From Chloroflexota bacterium (GTDB taxonomy: Bacteria > Chloroflexota > Anaerolineae > Aggregatilineales > UBA2796), in the NCBI GenBank assembly GCA_017743585.1, contig JAGHYP010000001.1, positions 1 to 52,889 on the forward strand: a stretch of 52,889 nt of DNA. Reading direction: 5' to 3'. Both the position numbers and the translations under genes were made by a program. Shown piece by piece: positions 1-9,309 of the stretch; positions within the stretch are counted from its first letter, which is position 1; each line of letters starts with the position of its first letter. The notes below the pieces were generated by a model. That model had not been told where the DNA came from. It did not search any database and worked only from the letters and a program-made list of their open reading frames with translations.

Positions 1-479
1 TCGGCATGTCGGCTATCCGCCTGATGAAAGCCGTTGAGCGCGACTTCTATGGCTTGTAACGCCTCAAGCAGGTTGCCCAGCAGGTAATGCGTCACGGCGA
101 GGTAAAACCAAGCTTCAGGTTTAGCATCCGGATGGCGCGTCGCCTGCAGGAAGTGCTGATGCGCAGCTTCATACTCATTTTGCTTGTAGCGCAGCACGCC
201 AAGCGCGAAGTGCGCCAGCCACAGACGCTTGTTCAGCTTGAGCGCGTATAGCAAATCCGCCTCTGCTTCGGCAAACTTGCCATCCTCGACGTAAAACAGA
301 CCGCGCGTGGCATAGTACTCAGGATAGCGCCGATCGTAGTAGATCGCCTCAGAGAGATCGAGAATGGCGTTTTCCAAGTCGCGGTTGCGGTAGGCCAACA
401 AGCCGCGGTGATAATAAGCTTCTGCTGTGGCGTGCGTCAGCCCAAGCCGACGCGCGCGTTCCAAGCGTGCGTTGCTCAT
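1..479 (-). CDS. Tetratricopeptide repeat protein, 3' end runs off the window
   Basis: Not in the ORF track. Manual translation from ATG at 479 (ATGA overlap with the kinase stop) gives MSNARLERARRLGLTHATAEAYYHRGLLAYRNRDLENAILDLSEAIYYDRRYPEYYATRGLFY...WLAHFALGVLRY...EAWFYLAVTHY, open to the edge with TPR-type repeats. Confidence 0.85.
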   Translation of the reverse strand, partial: MSNARLERARRLGLTHATAEAYYHRGLLAYRNRDLENAILDLSEAIYYDRRYPEYYATRGLFYVEDGKFAEAEADLLYALKLNKRLWLAHFALGVLRYKQNEYEAAHQHFLQATRHPDAKPEAWFYLAVTHYLLGNLLEALQAIEVALNGFHQADSRHA

Positions 480-1219
480 GCTTGCGCCTCACGGCTGATC
501 GGCAAGCGGAAACAGAAAACCGCGCCGCCTTCGGGCGGCGTCTCGAGCCACAAGCTGCCGCCATAGCCCTCCACAGTCAGCTTGGTGAACGTCAAGCCGA
601 GCCCCATGCCGCGTCTGCCCCGCACTTGCGAGGCAGGAACGCGGTAGAAACGCTCGAAAATCAGCGCGCGATGCTCCTCTGGCACGCCTCTGCCGTCATC
701 CGCCACGCAAACCTTGATTTGGTCGCCTTCCTGGCGCGCTGTTACGCGCACGTTGCCGCCTTTTGGGACGTGACGCAGCGCGTTCTCCAATAGATTGAAG
801 CAAATGCGGCTGAGCAACGCTTCATCGGCGCAAGTAGCAGGCAGGTCAGATGGAATGTCTGCGCTATATGTGGCTTGTGATTCCGCCAGCAGCTCTTGGA
901 GCGCAGCGAGCGCTTGCTCGAGAGCTGATGCCAGCTGCGCACTGCCAACTGGCGGCTTCTTCAGCCCGTTCGCCATGCGCGTGATATCTTGCAGCACCTC
1001 AATGTCTTGCAGCTGCGCTCGCGCGCTGTTGAGCGCGATATCCAGCAATTGCGGAATGGCGCTCAGCTCCTGCGCTGCCAGCAGGTCTTTCGCTAGCTCC
1101 AAGCAATTGATGATGCGCGCCAATGGACTGGCAAGATCGTGCGCCAAGACGCTAATCTCTTCTTCGAAAGCCTGCCGCGCCTGCTCAATGCGCGCAATCT
1201 CGGATAATTGTTCAGTCAT
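476..1219 (-). CDS. Cytoplasmic histidine kinase (HisKA + HATPase_c) with no sensor or TM domain
   Basis: H-box LAHDLASPL, N-box NLLENALRH, G1 DDGRG, F-box FERF, G2 GMGLGL. Start could be 1219, 1237 or 1243. Confidence 0.9.
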   Translation of the reverse strand: MTEQLSEIARIEQARQAFEEEISVLAHDLASPLARIINCLELAKDLLAAQELSAIPQLLDIALNSARAQLQDIEVLQDITRMANGLKKPPVGSAQLASALEQALAALQELLAESQATYSADIPSDLPATCADEALLSRICFNLLENALRHVPKGGNVRVTARQEGDQIKVCVADDGRGVPEEHRALIFERFYRVPASQVRGRRGMGLGLTFTKLTVEGYGGSLWLETPPEGGAVFCFRLPISREAQA

Positions 1220-1544
1220 CCGATAGTCACCAGACATCTCCAAGCGTTCCGGCCGCGCTCGTCATCGAAAAGCGGCGCCGCCGATACCGGCTTTAGCGAA
1301 GGCTCGACGGACACGGGCGGCAGGGGAGACTCAAGCTGCACGCCGCCTTCAGGCGCGGCGCTCAGTTGAATTTCGGCGCTGCGCGCGCATTATCACACAG
1401 CTAAGGTGAACTTGCAAGGTGTCCTGCCGGCCCAAAAAGTGATTCATCAAGTCCTGAAGCAATTCCCAGAGCGCTTGCCGCGGCGCGCGCTCATGGCGCT
1501 TCCGCAGGCGCGGCTGCGTGCGCTTTGTGGATGCCTCATGCGCT

Positions 1545-3155
1545 TCAAGACGCGCTGCCGTATGCGATCGTCAGCGCCTTGCCGAAAGCGCTGCGAAATA
1601 TCTCTGTGTGCAGCTGCGCTGACCAGATCGCGACCGAGATATCCGCAGTGCTGATTGGCACAAGCAGGTAGCCATCTTCACAAGGCTCAAGGCGCACGTC
1701 GCTGACAGCGCCATCGCGGCTGCGATCCAACTGCTCAGCGAGGCGCAGCAGCGCAGTCATGCGCAACAAGCGCGCTTGGTCGCTCGGTTGCAGCACCGCG
1801 CCGATCTCAGCCGTGCTGGGCACGCCTTTGCGATGATATTTAGCGGCGAGGCCGATCAGGGCGAGTTCGCGATGTGTGAAGCCGGGCAAGCCGCTGTTGA
1901 GAATCAGATAGTAGCTGTGGCGATGATGGTCGTTGTAGTCAATGCTCATGCCGATATCGTGCAACATGCAGGCTGCCCAGAGCAGCTCGCGCTCGGCGGC
2001 AGAGAAACGCGCAGGGTCGTTCTCAAGCGCCGCCAGCTGATCGAACATGCTCAGCGAGAGATGCGCCACGTGCCGCGCATGGCGCTCTTGAAAGTTGTAC
2101 AAATGCGCTACGTTGATCACGCTCGCCTCGCGCACGTTCTCGAACATCGGCGGCGCGTCGGACGTTCGCCCGCCGTTGAAGAACCGCTCGTAGAACAAGC
2201 CTTCGCGCAGCCCTTGACTGCACACCAGCATCGTCTCAGCTCCGGCGTGACGCAGACACTCTTCGATGACAATAGCGGCGGCGAGCGCGATGTCGGCGCG
2301 ATCAGGCTTCATGCCATTCATGCGCAGGCGCTCATCCAGCGTCATGCTCTCCAGCTGCTTGGCGATCTTGCGCACGTCCGCAGCTGCTAGTTCATAGCCG
2401 TGCAACTCATCTAGAGGATAGTTACTCTGCTTTTGAGCGACTCGCGCCAAATTGCGCAATGAGCCGCCTTGTCCTACTAGCTGCCAAGTGCCTTGCAGCT
2501 TGAACCATTTCAATGGCGCTAACTGCTCGCGGATGTGCTTGCGGAAGCGCGCGATTTGTTCCTTGCTAGGCGGAATGTTGGGCAGCCATTCTTCGGTCGC
2601 GCGCACTGCGCCCAGCGTGAGCGAAACTGTCTCACACGGCAAGCGATCTGCCACGCGCGTGATCTCGAGGCTGCCGCCGCCTAGATCGATCACAAAACCG
2701 TTGCGCAGCGTGGTGCTATTGACGGCAGCTAGATAACCGTAATACGCCTCTTCCTCGCTGCTCAGCAGGCGCACGCTGATGCCCGTCTCGCGTTGGACGC
2801 GGCTGAGGAATTTGAGGCGATTGGCTGCCTCGCGCACGGCGCTGGTCGCCACAGCGATGATATCTTGGATGTTTGAGGCGCGGCAGAAGGCTGCGTACAT
2901 GCGCATGACCTCAATCGCGTGCGCCATCGCCTCACGGCTGAGCTTGCCCGCTGCGCCTAAGCCTTTCACAAGGCGCACGGTCTCGCGCACTTCATCGGTT
3001 AGCTGGAAACAATAGCCCTGCCGATACGTCATGACGATCAGGCGGAAGCTGTTAGAGCCGACGTCGATGATGGCGATCCGCTGCAAGTCGGTTTGCGAGT
3101 TCAGCGGGCGTTCAGCAAGCGATTCAGGCATTGGCGAGTTCACTTTCAATGCCAC
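1545..3155 (-). CDS. ppx: Ppx/GppA family exopolyphosphatase / pppGpp phosphohydrolase with HD domain
   Basis: IDVGSNS, ATSAVREA, DLGGGSLE, GLREG motifs and C-terminal LHDIG. Confidence 0.92.
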   Translation of the reverse strand: MALKVNSPMPESLAERPLNSQTDLQRIAIIDVGSNSFRLIVMTYRQGYCFQLTDEVRETVRLVKGLGAAGKLSREAMAHAIEVMRMYAAFCRASNIQDIIAVATSAVREAANRLKFLSRVQRETGISVRLLSSEEEAYYGYLAAVNSTTLRNGFVIDLGGGSLEITRVADRLPCETVSLTLGAVRATEEWLPNIPPSKEQIARFRKHIREQLAPLKWFKLQGTWQLVGQGGSLRNLARVAQKQSNYPLDELHGYELAAADVRKIAKQLESMTLDERLRMNGMKPDRADIALAAAIVIEECLRHAGAETMLVCSQGLREGLFYERFFNGGRTSDAPPMFENVREASVINVAHLYNFQERHARHVAHLSLSMFDQLAALENDPARFSAAERELLWAACMLHDIGMSIDYNDHHRHSYYLILNSGLPGFTHRELALIGLAAKYHRKGVPSTAEIGAVLQPSDQARLLRMTALLRLAEQLDRSRDGAVSDVRLEPCEDGYLLVPISTADISVAIWSAQLHTEIFRSAFGKALTIAYGSAS

Positions 3156-3647
3156 TTAGTTACTCACGGTGCGGAGCGCTTCTTTGAGGTGCTCCCGCAG
3201 CAAGGCGATCAGCGCGGCGTGCGCACCTGTTGCGCGGCTAGGGACGAGGATCACATCGTGGTGGAAGCTTCCGGCTGCGCGCTCTAGCAGCCATAAATCC
3301 GCGCCGATCCAAGGGATATCCGGCGCGTCGTCCATCTTATCGAAGTTCAGTTGCCGAGCGCCTCTGACAAACGCCTGATAGCGCTCTGCAGGGATGAGGC
3401 GTTTCAAAACGAGCGGTCGCCCTGTGGCGCGCCGATACACTGTGGTCATGCAGGCTGAATCTTGCCCGCGCATTTTGAGCCAGGTGGCGATCTGATCGGG
3501 CGCGCGTCCGTCATGATGATGAATGGTTAGCCGCCAGCCTTCCACTATCTCTGGCGCGCGCACAGCCGCTTCCAGCTCTGTCACTTCGAGGCGCATCGCG
3601 AGCAGGCGCAGCGGCGCAGATTGGTGGCGCATGGCTGAGGGAGACAT
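3156..3647 (-). CDS. Hypothetical protein
   Basis: 163-aa ORF that exactly fills the gap between two coupled genes on the same strand. Confidence 0.7.
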   Translation of the reverse strand: MSPSAMRHQSAPLRLLAMRLEVTELEAAVRAPEIVEGWRLTIHHHDGRAPDQIATWLKMRGQDSACMTTVYRRATGRPLVLKRLIPAERYQAFVRGARQLNFDKMDDAPDIPWIGADLWLLERAAGSFHHDVILVPSRATGAHAALIALLREHLKEALRTVSN

Positions 3648-3648
3648 C

Positions 3649-4692
3649 TCACACCGTCAAAATGATCTTGCCGAATACATCGCCATTGGCGAGACTGATC
3701 TGCGCTTGCTGCGCCTGCTCTAGCGGATAGCGCTTGCTGATCAGCGGCTGCAGCTTGCCTGCGAAGACCAAGCGCATGACTTGCACAAAGTCGGCGTGCG
3801 GCGCCATCGTGCTGCCGATCAGACTGATATGCTTGGCGAACAAATAGCGCATGTCTATGTTCGCCGCGTAGCCGCTGGTGTTGCCGACGATCAAAATCCG
3901 ACCGCCGCGCCGCACAGCGCGGATGCTGCCATTGATGGTCGCCATGCCGACGTTGTCCACCACCACGTCCACTCCGCGCCGCTCAGTGTGCTGGAAAACC
4001 GCGCGCACCCAGTCTTCAGTGCTGCGATCAATGCAAAAATCCGCGCCGAGCGCTTTTGCCCGCGCCGCTTTCTCAGCGTTGCTGGCGACCACATAGACAG
4101 TGGCGCCTGCCAGTTTGGCGATCTGGATGCTGGCTGAGTTCACGCCGCCGCCCGCGCCGACGATCAGGACGCTCTCGCCTGCCTTCAAGTTGCCACGTTT
4201 GATCAGGCTGTGCCACGCCGTCAGGAAGACGAGCGCCGCTGCCGCCGCTTGCTCATAGCCGATGTGATCGGGCAGTTTGAGCGCGTTGCGCGCAGGCACG
4301 ACCACATACTCAGCGTACGTGCCGTGCATGTCCTCGCCGAGAATGCCAAACTTTGGGCAGAGATTATCCTGACCGCTCAGGCACAGCTCGCATTGACCGC
4401 AACTGATGCCGGGGTTGACGACCACGCGGTCGCCGATTGCCAAGCCTTGCACGCCTTCGCCGAGCGCTTCGATGTCACCAGCGGCGTCCGCGCCTAGAAT
4501 GTGCGGCAGCGGCAGCTTGATGCCTTCCCAGCCTTCGCGCACCCACAGGTCGAGCCGATTCAAGGCGGCGGCGCGCACGCGCACGCGCACCTCGCCTGCT
4601 TTGGGCTGCGGCGTGGGAAAATCTTCCACGTAGCGCAGATTCTCCACGCCGCCATGTCGCTCCAAGATGACAGCGCGCATGCAGGCGGTCAC
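3649..4692 (-). CDS. Zinc-binding medium-chain dehydrogenase/reductase (alcohol dehydrogenase / quinone oxidoreductase family)
   Basis: ALNRLD, GAD, structural Zn motif CGQCELCLSGQDNLC, Rossmann GAGGGV. Start at 4692 (GTG) or 4680 (ATG). Confidence 0.9.
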   Translation of the reverse strand: MTACMRAVILERHGGVENLRYVEDFPTPQPKAGEVRVRVRAAALNRLDLWVREGWEGIKLPLPHILGADAAGDIEALGEGVQGLAIGDRVVVNPGISCGQCELCLSGQDNLCPKFGILGEDMHGTYAEYVVVPARNALKLPDHIGYEQAAAAALVFLTAWHSLIKRGNLKAGESVLIVGAGGGVNSASIQIAKLAGATVYVVASNAEKAARAKALGADFCIDRSTEDWVRAVFQHTERRGVDVVVDNVGMATINGSIRAVRRGGRILIVGNTSGYAANIDMRYLFAKHISLIGSTMAPHADFVQVMRLVFAGKLQPLISKRYPLEQAQQAQISLANGDVFGKIILTV

Positions 4693-5159
4693 TTGGAAGC
4701 CTTCACGCTCTTGATCTTGAAGACAAGAGTGCCTGAAGGGGTCTCAACTGAGACTTCCTCGCCGGCTTTGCGCCCTAGCAAGGCGCGCCCAAGCGGACTT
4801 TCGTTGGAGATTTTGCCTTCGCGTGGATTCGCCTCGGCCGCGCCCACGATGACGAACGTCTCAGGCGCTTCGCCTTCCTCTTGCACAGTCACCTCTGAGC
4901 CGAGACTGACGATACCCGCTGACTTTTCGCTGATGATGACAGCGTTGCGCAGCAAGTCCTCAAGGTAGCTGATGCGCCCTTCCAGAAATGCCTGCTGTTC
5001 CTTGGCATCATGATAGTCAGCGTTCTCTGAGAGATCGCCTTGCGCAATCGCTTCCTTGAGTTTTGCCGCAAGCGCGGGGCGCTTCACTGTTTTCAGCTCC
5101 TCCAGCTCGCGCCGCAGTTCAGCTGCGCCTTCTTCGGTAAGGTACTTGACATCCGCCAT
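4689..5159 (-). CDS. greA: Transcription elongation factor GreA
   Basis: GDLSENADY acidic tip and ISNESPLGRALLG. ATG at 5159 gives the typical 156 aa. Confidence 0.96.
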   Translation of the reverse strand: MADVKYLTEEGAAELRRELEELKTVKRPALAAKLKEAIAQGDLSENADYHDAKEQQAFLEGRISYLEDLLRNAVIISEKSAGIVSLGSEVTVQEEGEAPETFVIVGAAEANPREGKISNESPLGRALLGRKAGEEVSVETPSGTLVFKIKSVKASK

Positions 5160-5378
5160 ACGAAAAAGCCTCGCTTGTTTGGCTGGACTTCTCTCGGGCA
5201 GGATTGACGAGCTGCACGGATGATCCACGTGCAGTGTGCGGTCTGATTGGATGATGGCTCGAATTGTAGCGCAGGTCGCAGCATGGGTCAAGCTGGTCGC
5301 TTTCACTCTCTCGCGGAGAATCGCACTAAGATACGCTACAATGAGCGCGCATGGCCCGTCCAGCACAACGAAGGCTCT

Positions 5379-6392
5379 ATGAGAGCGAAATCGCTTCGCA
5401 CAATGCCGCACACCCGTTTGCGTCAGCGCGAGCGCTGGCTGGCAGATGGCGCGCTGCTCGCGGTCGCCGCGATCTGGGGAGCGACGTTTTTCATGATCAA
5501 AGAGGCTACGCAGAGCTTCCCCGTCATGGCGTTTTTGACCTTGCGGTTCGCGATTGCCGCGCCATTCTTGCTACCGTTCGTGCTGTTGGAGATCAAGCGG
5601 CGCGGCGCGCTGCCGACGCGAGGCGAGTGGCTCTGGGGTATCGGCGCAGGAGTGCTTCTCACGGCAGGCTATGTGTTTCAGACCTTCGCGCTGCGCACTG
5701 TGGACGCAGGGCGCGCAGGCTTCATCACGGGTTTGTACGTCATCTTCGTGCCGTTTCTAGGCTTGGTTGTGCTGCGGCAGCCGATTGAACGGCGCGTGTG
5801 GCTGGGCGGCGCGTTGGCGTTCCTCGGCATGCTCTTCTTGGGATACGCGCCGGGCGGCACTCTGCTAGGCGATGTGCTAGCGTTGCTCTGCGCGCTCGCC
5901 TATGCAGGGCATATCCTCGCGGTTGGGCAGATGCCGCGCACTGCCGATAAGTGTTTTCTGACATTGGCGCAGGTGTTAACGGTCGCTGTGTTGTGCGGCG
6001 CGCTTCTGCCGACCCTCGCGGCAGTGCGCACGTGCAGCGCGGAAATCTGCTCGGCAATCGCGCCATTCGCCGATCCGCTGCCGAGCGACCTGCCGTTGAA
6101 TGTGCTTTCGGCAGCCGCCTTCACGGGCATTTTTGCCACTGCCCTCGGCTTGATGGTGCAAATCTGGGCGCAGCGCATCTTGCCGCCAAGCGACGCAGCG
6201 CTGATCTTCGCGCTAGAAGCGCCTTTCGCAGTCCTATTCGGTGTGCTTTTCCTGAATGAAGCCTTGACGGCGCTCGGTCTGGTGGGCTGCGCGCTCATCT
6301 TCAGCAGCACGCTTGTAGTGACGTTAGGCGGGCAAGGAACGCTCGCCACTGACCAGAGTCTTGAGGCTGTGCCGAGCGAAGCAGCCGATTAA
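5379..6392 (+). CDS. DMT/EamA family transporter
   Basis: Multi-TM protein with AIWGATF, LRF, AGFITGLYV and EAPFA motifs. Start at 5379 or 5403. Confidence 0.88.
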   Translation: MRAKSLRTMPHTRLRQRERWLADGALLAVAAIWGATFFMIKEATQSFPVMAFLTLRFAIAAPFLLPFVLLEIKRRGALPTRGEWLWGIGAGVLLTAGYVFQTFALRTVDAGRAGFITGLYVIFVPFLGLVVLRQPIERRVWLGGALAFLGMLFLGYAPGGTLLGDVLALLCALAYAGHILAVGQMPRTADKCFLTLAQVLTVAVLCGALLPTLAAVRTCSAEICSAIAPFADPLPSDLPLNVLSAAAFTGIFATALGLMVQIWAQRILPPSDAALIFALEAPFAVLFGVLFLNEALTALGLVGCALIFSSTLVVTLGGQGTLATDQSLEAVPSEAAD

Positions 6393-7102
6393 TCTGTCTC
6401 ATCGCGCTGAAAATACACACCGCGCAGATACGGGTCGATCTCGGGCTCAGTAGGCTTGGCAGCGCGCTGACTTGGCTTGCCTTCCTGCGCCCAGCGCTTG
6501 AGGGTTGCCTCGATATAGTGCCAATTTCGGCGATTCCTCTTAACAGCGATGCGGATGGCCTCGATGATCCACTCATAAGGGTAGGTGCGCTCAGCATCGG
6601 CGAGCATCTCAGAGAGCATCGGCGTGATCACGCCGATGTTCTTTTCATAGAGCGCGAAGATGTTCGGGCGCTCAGGCGCGAGCCGAATCGGATGCTCGGC
6701 GCTTCCGGGCTGCCAATCGCCGCGCAGTAGCGCTTCGACAGCGCGCCGTCCGCGCTCTGTGTTCATGAAGTACAGCGTCTCTGAGCCGTTCGCAGTTGGC
6801 ACGTCCACAGCCAGCAAGGTCTCGCGATTGAGCGCGCGCGCCAGCGCATCGCGGACGGCGCGCTCTGCCTCGGCTGCGCTGCTGCCCATGCCTGCCATGA
6901 AGATCGGGTCGTCCAGAAAGTCGCGCAGGCGCAAGTAACGGTAATCGCCTTCGCGTTGCTGAAGTGCCCAGAAGCAGTAGATCGTCAGTTTCAGCTCAGC
7001 CAAGTCGTCAATGTATGGCAGCAGCTCGCTGAAAAAACGCGTTGGCACGCTCGTCACGTCGCGATCGCCCTTCGGGAAGCCTTTGAAACGATGTCCGTTC
7101 AC
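6389..7102 (-). CDS. DnaD domain protein (primosomal)
   Basis: C-terminal DnaD/DnaB_2 signature IFALYEKNIG...EAIRIAVKRN...YIEATLKRW; lies directly downstream of dnaB. Confidence 0.85.
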   Translation of the reverse strand: MNGHRFKGFPKGDRDVTSVPTRFFSELLPYIDDLAELKLTIYCFWALQQREGDYRYLRLRDFLDDPIFMAGMGSSAAEAERAVRDALARALNRETLLAVDVPTANGSETLYFMNTERGRRAVEALLRGDWQPGSAEHPIRLAPERPNIFALYEKNIGVITPMLSEMLADAERTYPYEWIIEAIRIAVKRNRRNWHYIEATLKRWAQEGKPSQRAAKPTEPEIDPYLRGVYFQRDETD

Positions 7103-7111
7103 CGCGCCCTC

Positions 7112-8512
7112 CTAAAAATCAGTGACGTTGCCTTGTTTGGCCTGAATGTCAATGAACTGCGTCAGGTCTTTGCGGAAATAGAGCGAGATTTTGCCCGTTG
7201 GCCCGTTGCGATGCTTGGCCACGATCACTTCGGCTTGGTTTGGATACTCTGTGTTCGGATTGTACAGCTCATCGCGGTATAAGAAGATCACGACGTCGCT
7301 ATCCTGCTCGATGCTGCCTGATTCGCGCAGGTCAGAGAGCTGCGGGCGCTTGTCAGCGCGCTGCTCAACGGCGCGCGAGAGCTGCGCCGCGGCTAAGACA
7401 GGCACCTTCAGCTCGCGCGCCATCTCTTTCAGGCTGCGCGAGATGTAGCTGATCTCTTGCACGCGGTTAGTATCCGCGCGCGCGATGCCGCTCGAGAGCA
7501 GTTGCAGGTAATCCACTATCACAAGGTCAAGGCCGCTCTCTTTCTTCAGGCGACGGCAGCGCGCGCGCACCTGCTGCACGCTGATGCCCGGCGTATCGTC
7601 AATGAAGATTGCGAGCCGATTCAGGCGGCTGGTCGCCTCGACAAGACGGTCCCACTCATGATCTTCCAGTTTGCCGTCGCGCAAGCGCTGCAAATTGATG
7701 CCTGTCTCGATGCTGTAGAGCCGCTGCACCAGCTGCTCGTTATCCATCTCGAGGCTGAAGAAAGCGCAGCGCACATTGGCAGAGCGCGCGGCGTTGAGCA
7801 TCACGCTGAGCAAAAAACTGGTCTTGCCGACTCCCGGACGCGCCGCCACGATGATCAGGTCGGATTTTTGCAGGCCGCCCAAGAGCTTATCGAGGTCGGC
7901 GAAGCGCGTCGGCACGCCGAGAAGCTCCTGCCGATTGAGATAGAGCTCCTCAAGGCGGCGATAGTAGTTATTGACCGCCTGCTCGATTGGAATGATCTCT
8001 TGCCGAAAGCTTTCGTCAGTGACTGAGAAGAGCGCTACCTCAGCTGCGCTGATTGCCTCCTGCAGATCGCGGGCTTCATCGCGCGCGATATCGGCGATTT
8101 TGCCAGCGGCTTCCATCAAGCGCCGGCGAACAGCAGCGCGCCGCACGACCTGCGCGTATGTCTCAGCGTGGAGATAGGTCGGCGTGTTATTGGCCAGCTG
8201 TGCCACGTATACGCTGCCGCCGACATCTTCCAAGCGCCTGCGCCGCCGCAATTCCTCAGTGACGGTCAGCAGGTCTATGTTGTCGTTGCGCTCGGAGAGC
8301 GCCAGCATCGCTTCCCAAATCCAGCGATGCTTCAGCTCGTAAAAGTCCTCAGGCCGCACGATGCTGCTCAGCTCGAGCAGCACCTTCGGATGGAACAGGA
8401 CAGCGCCGAGCACAGCCTCTTCTGCTTCTATCGAGTGCGGCATGAGGCGCGCGGGCACTTTTTGCGCCCGCTCAGGCCCTTGTGAGGCGCTCGGCGCAGG
8501 CTGGTTGCTCAT
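7112..8512 (-). CDS. dnaB: Replicative DNA helicase
   Basis: PHSIEAEEAVLG, Walker A AARPGVGKT, FSLEM, IVDYLQL, LRESGSIEQDSD, KHRNGP. Confidence 0.97.
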   Translation of the reverse strand: MSNQPAPSASQGPERAQKVPARLMPHSIEAEEAVLGAVLFHPKVLLELSSIVRPEDFYELKHRWIWEAMLALSERNDNIDLLTVTEELRRRRRLEDVGGSVYVAQLANNTPTYLHAETYAQVVRRAAVRRRLMEAAGKIADIARDEARDLQEAISAAEVALFSVTDESFRQEIIPIEQAVNNYYRRLEELYLNRQELLGVPTRFADLDKLLGGLQKSDLIIVAARPGVGKTSFLLSVMLNAARSANVRCAFFSLEMDNEQLVQRLYSIETGINLQRLRDGKLEDHEWDRLVEATSRLNRLAIFIDDTPGISVQQVRARCRRLKKESGLDLVIVDYLQLLSSGIARADTNRVQEISYISRSLKEMARELKVPVLAAAQLSRAVEQRADKRPQLSDLRESGSIEQDSDVVIFLYRDELYNPNTEYPNQAEVIVAKHRNGPTGKISLYFRKDLTQFIDIQAKQGNVTDF

Positions 8513-8581
8513 AGCCGTGCTCAAGCCGCAGCAGAGCAGCTCGTCCGCCCGCTCTGGCCAGTGTGCGCTGTCGCCGCCTGT

Positions 8582-9121
8582 CTATTCTTTCTCAGGCTCA
8601 TCGTCGTCGAAGGGAAGTGTATCGACGAAGCTCTTGAAGATGTCCAGCCTCTCGTCATCCCCTGCGATCTCCGTCGCTGACGACGTGCTTGGGTCGCTCT
8701 CGATCTCCTGCTCGGGCAGGATCGCGGCGCGCTCCATGACTGCCTCGTGGACGTAGATCGGCGCGCGCACGCGCACTGCCAGCGCAATGGCATCGCTTGG
8801 ACGCGCGTCCACATCAATCAGACGACCGTTGACGTCCATCACAATGCGCGCGTAGTAGACGTCGTCGCGCAGATCGTTGATGAAGATGTACTCGACTCGC
8901 GCGCCGAGCGTGCTGATCAGCGATTTGAGCAGATCGTGCGTCAGCGGGCGCGGCGAGACTTGCCCTTGCAACTCTGCTGTGATAGCATCCGATTCGCACG
9001 GTCCGATCCAGATCGTCAGGTAGCGCTCTTGCGCAGTATCCTTCAGGACGACCAGCCGATGTGGGGACATCAGGCTGACGCGAATGCTATCAATTGTCAC
9101 TTCGACCATATCGTTGTCCAT
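8582..9121 (-). CDS. Bifunctional nuclease family protein (DUF151)
   Basis: LTIWIG, RPLTHDL, DARPSDAIALA motifs; GAGGTGG SD before ATG 9121. Confidence 0.9.
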   Translation of the reverse strand: MDNDMVEVTIDSIRVSLMSPHRLVVLKDTAQERYLTIWIGPCESDAITAELQGQVSPRPLTHDLLKSLISTLGARVEYIFINDLRDDVYYARIVMDVNGRLIDVDARPSDAIALAVRVRAPIYVHEAVMERAAILPEQEIESDPSTSSATEIAGDDERLDIFKSFVDTLPFDDDEPEKE

Positions 9122-9192
9122 GCGCCACCTCGAATCCAGTTGTGCTTGCGCACAGCTCACGGGATAAGCATAATCTTCGAGCGATATCCAAC

Positions 9193-9201
9193 AGTATAAC
9201 A
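9193..9201 (-). promoter_or_regulatory. Extended -10 promoter (TGtTATACT) for the DUF151-dnaB-dnaD operon
   Basis: TGn + TATACT about 70 bp upstream of the ATG in a divergent intergenic region. Confidence 0.55.
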
Positions 9202-9309
9202 CATCTTGGCGCAACAAAAAACTGAGCGCAATGGCATCCTCGCCAAAATTGAGCATATTTTCCCCGAGACGAGCGCGTTCTCTCAAGCCTTGGCATCTAG
9301 GATAGGCTT

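Noticed and set aside
7112-8512. Intein in DnaB
   Set aside because: Normal length and contiguous helicase motifs.
9160-9200. DnaA boxes or origin near dnaB
   Set aside because: Only a 6/9 match (TTATCCCGT), with no box cluster or extended AT-rich unwinding element.
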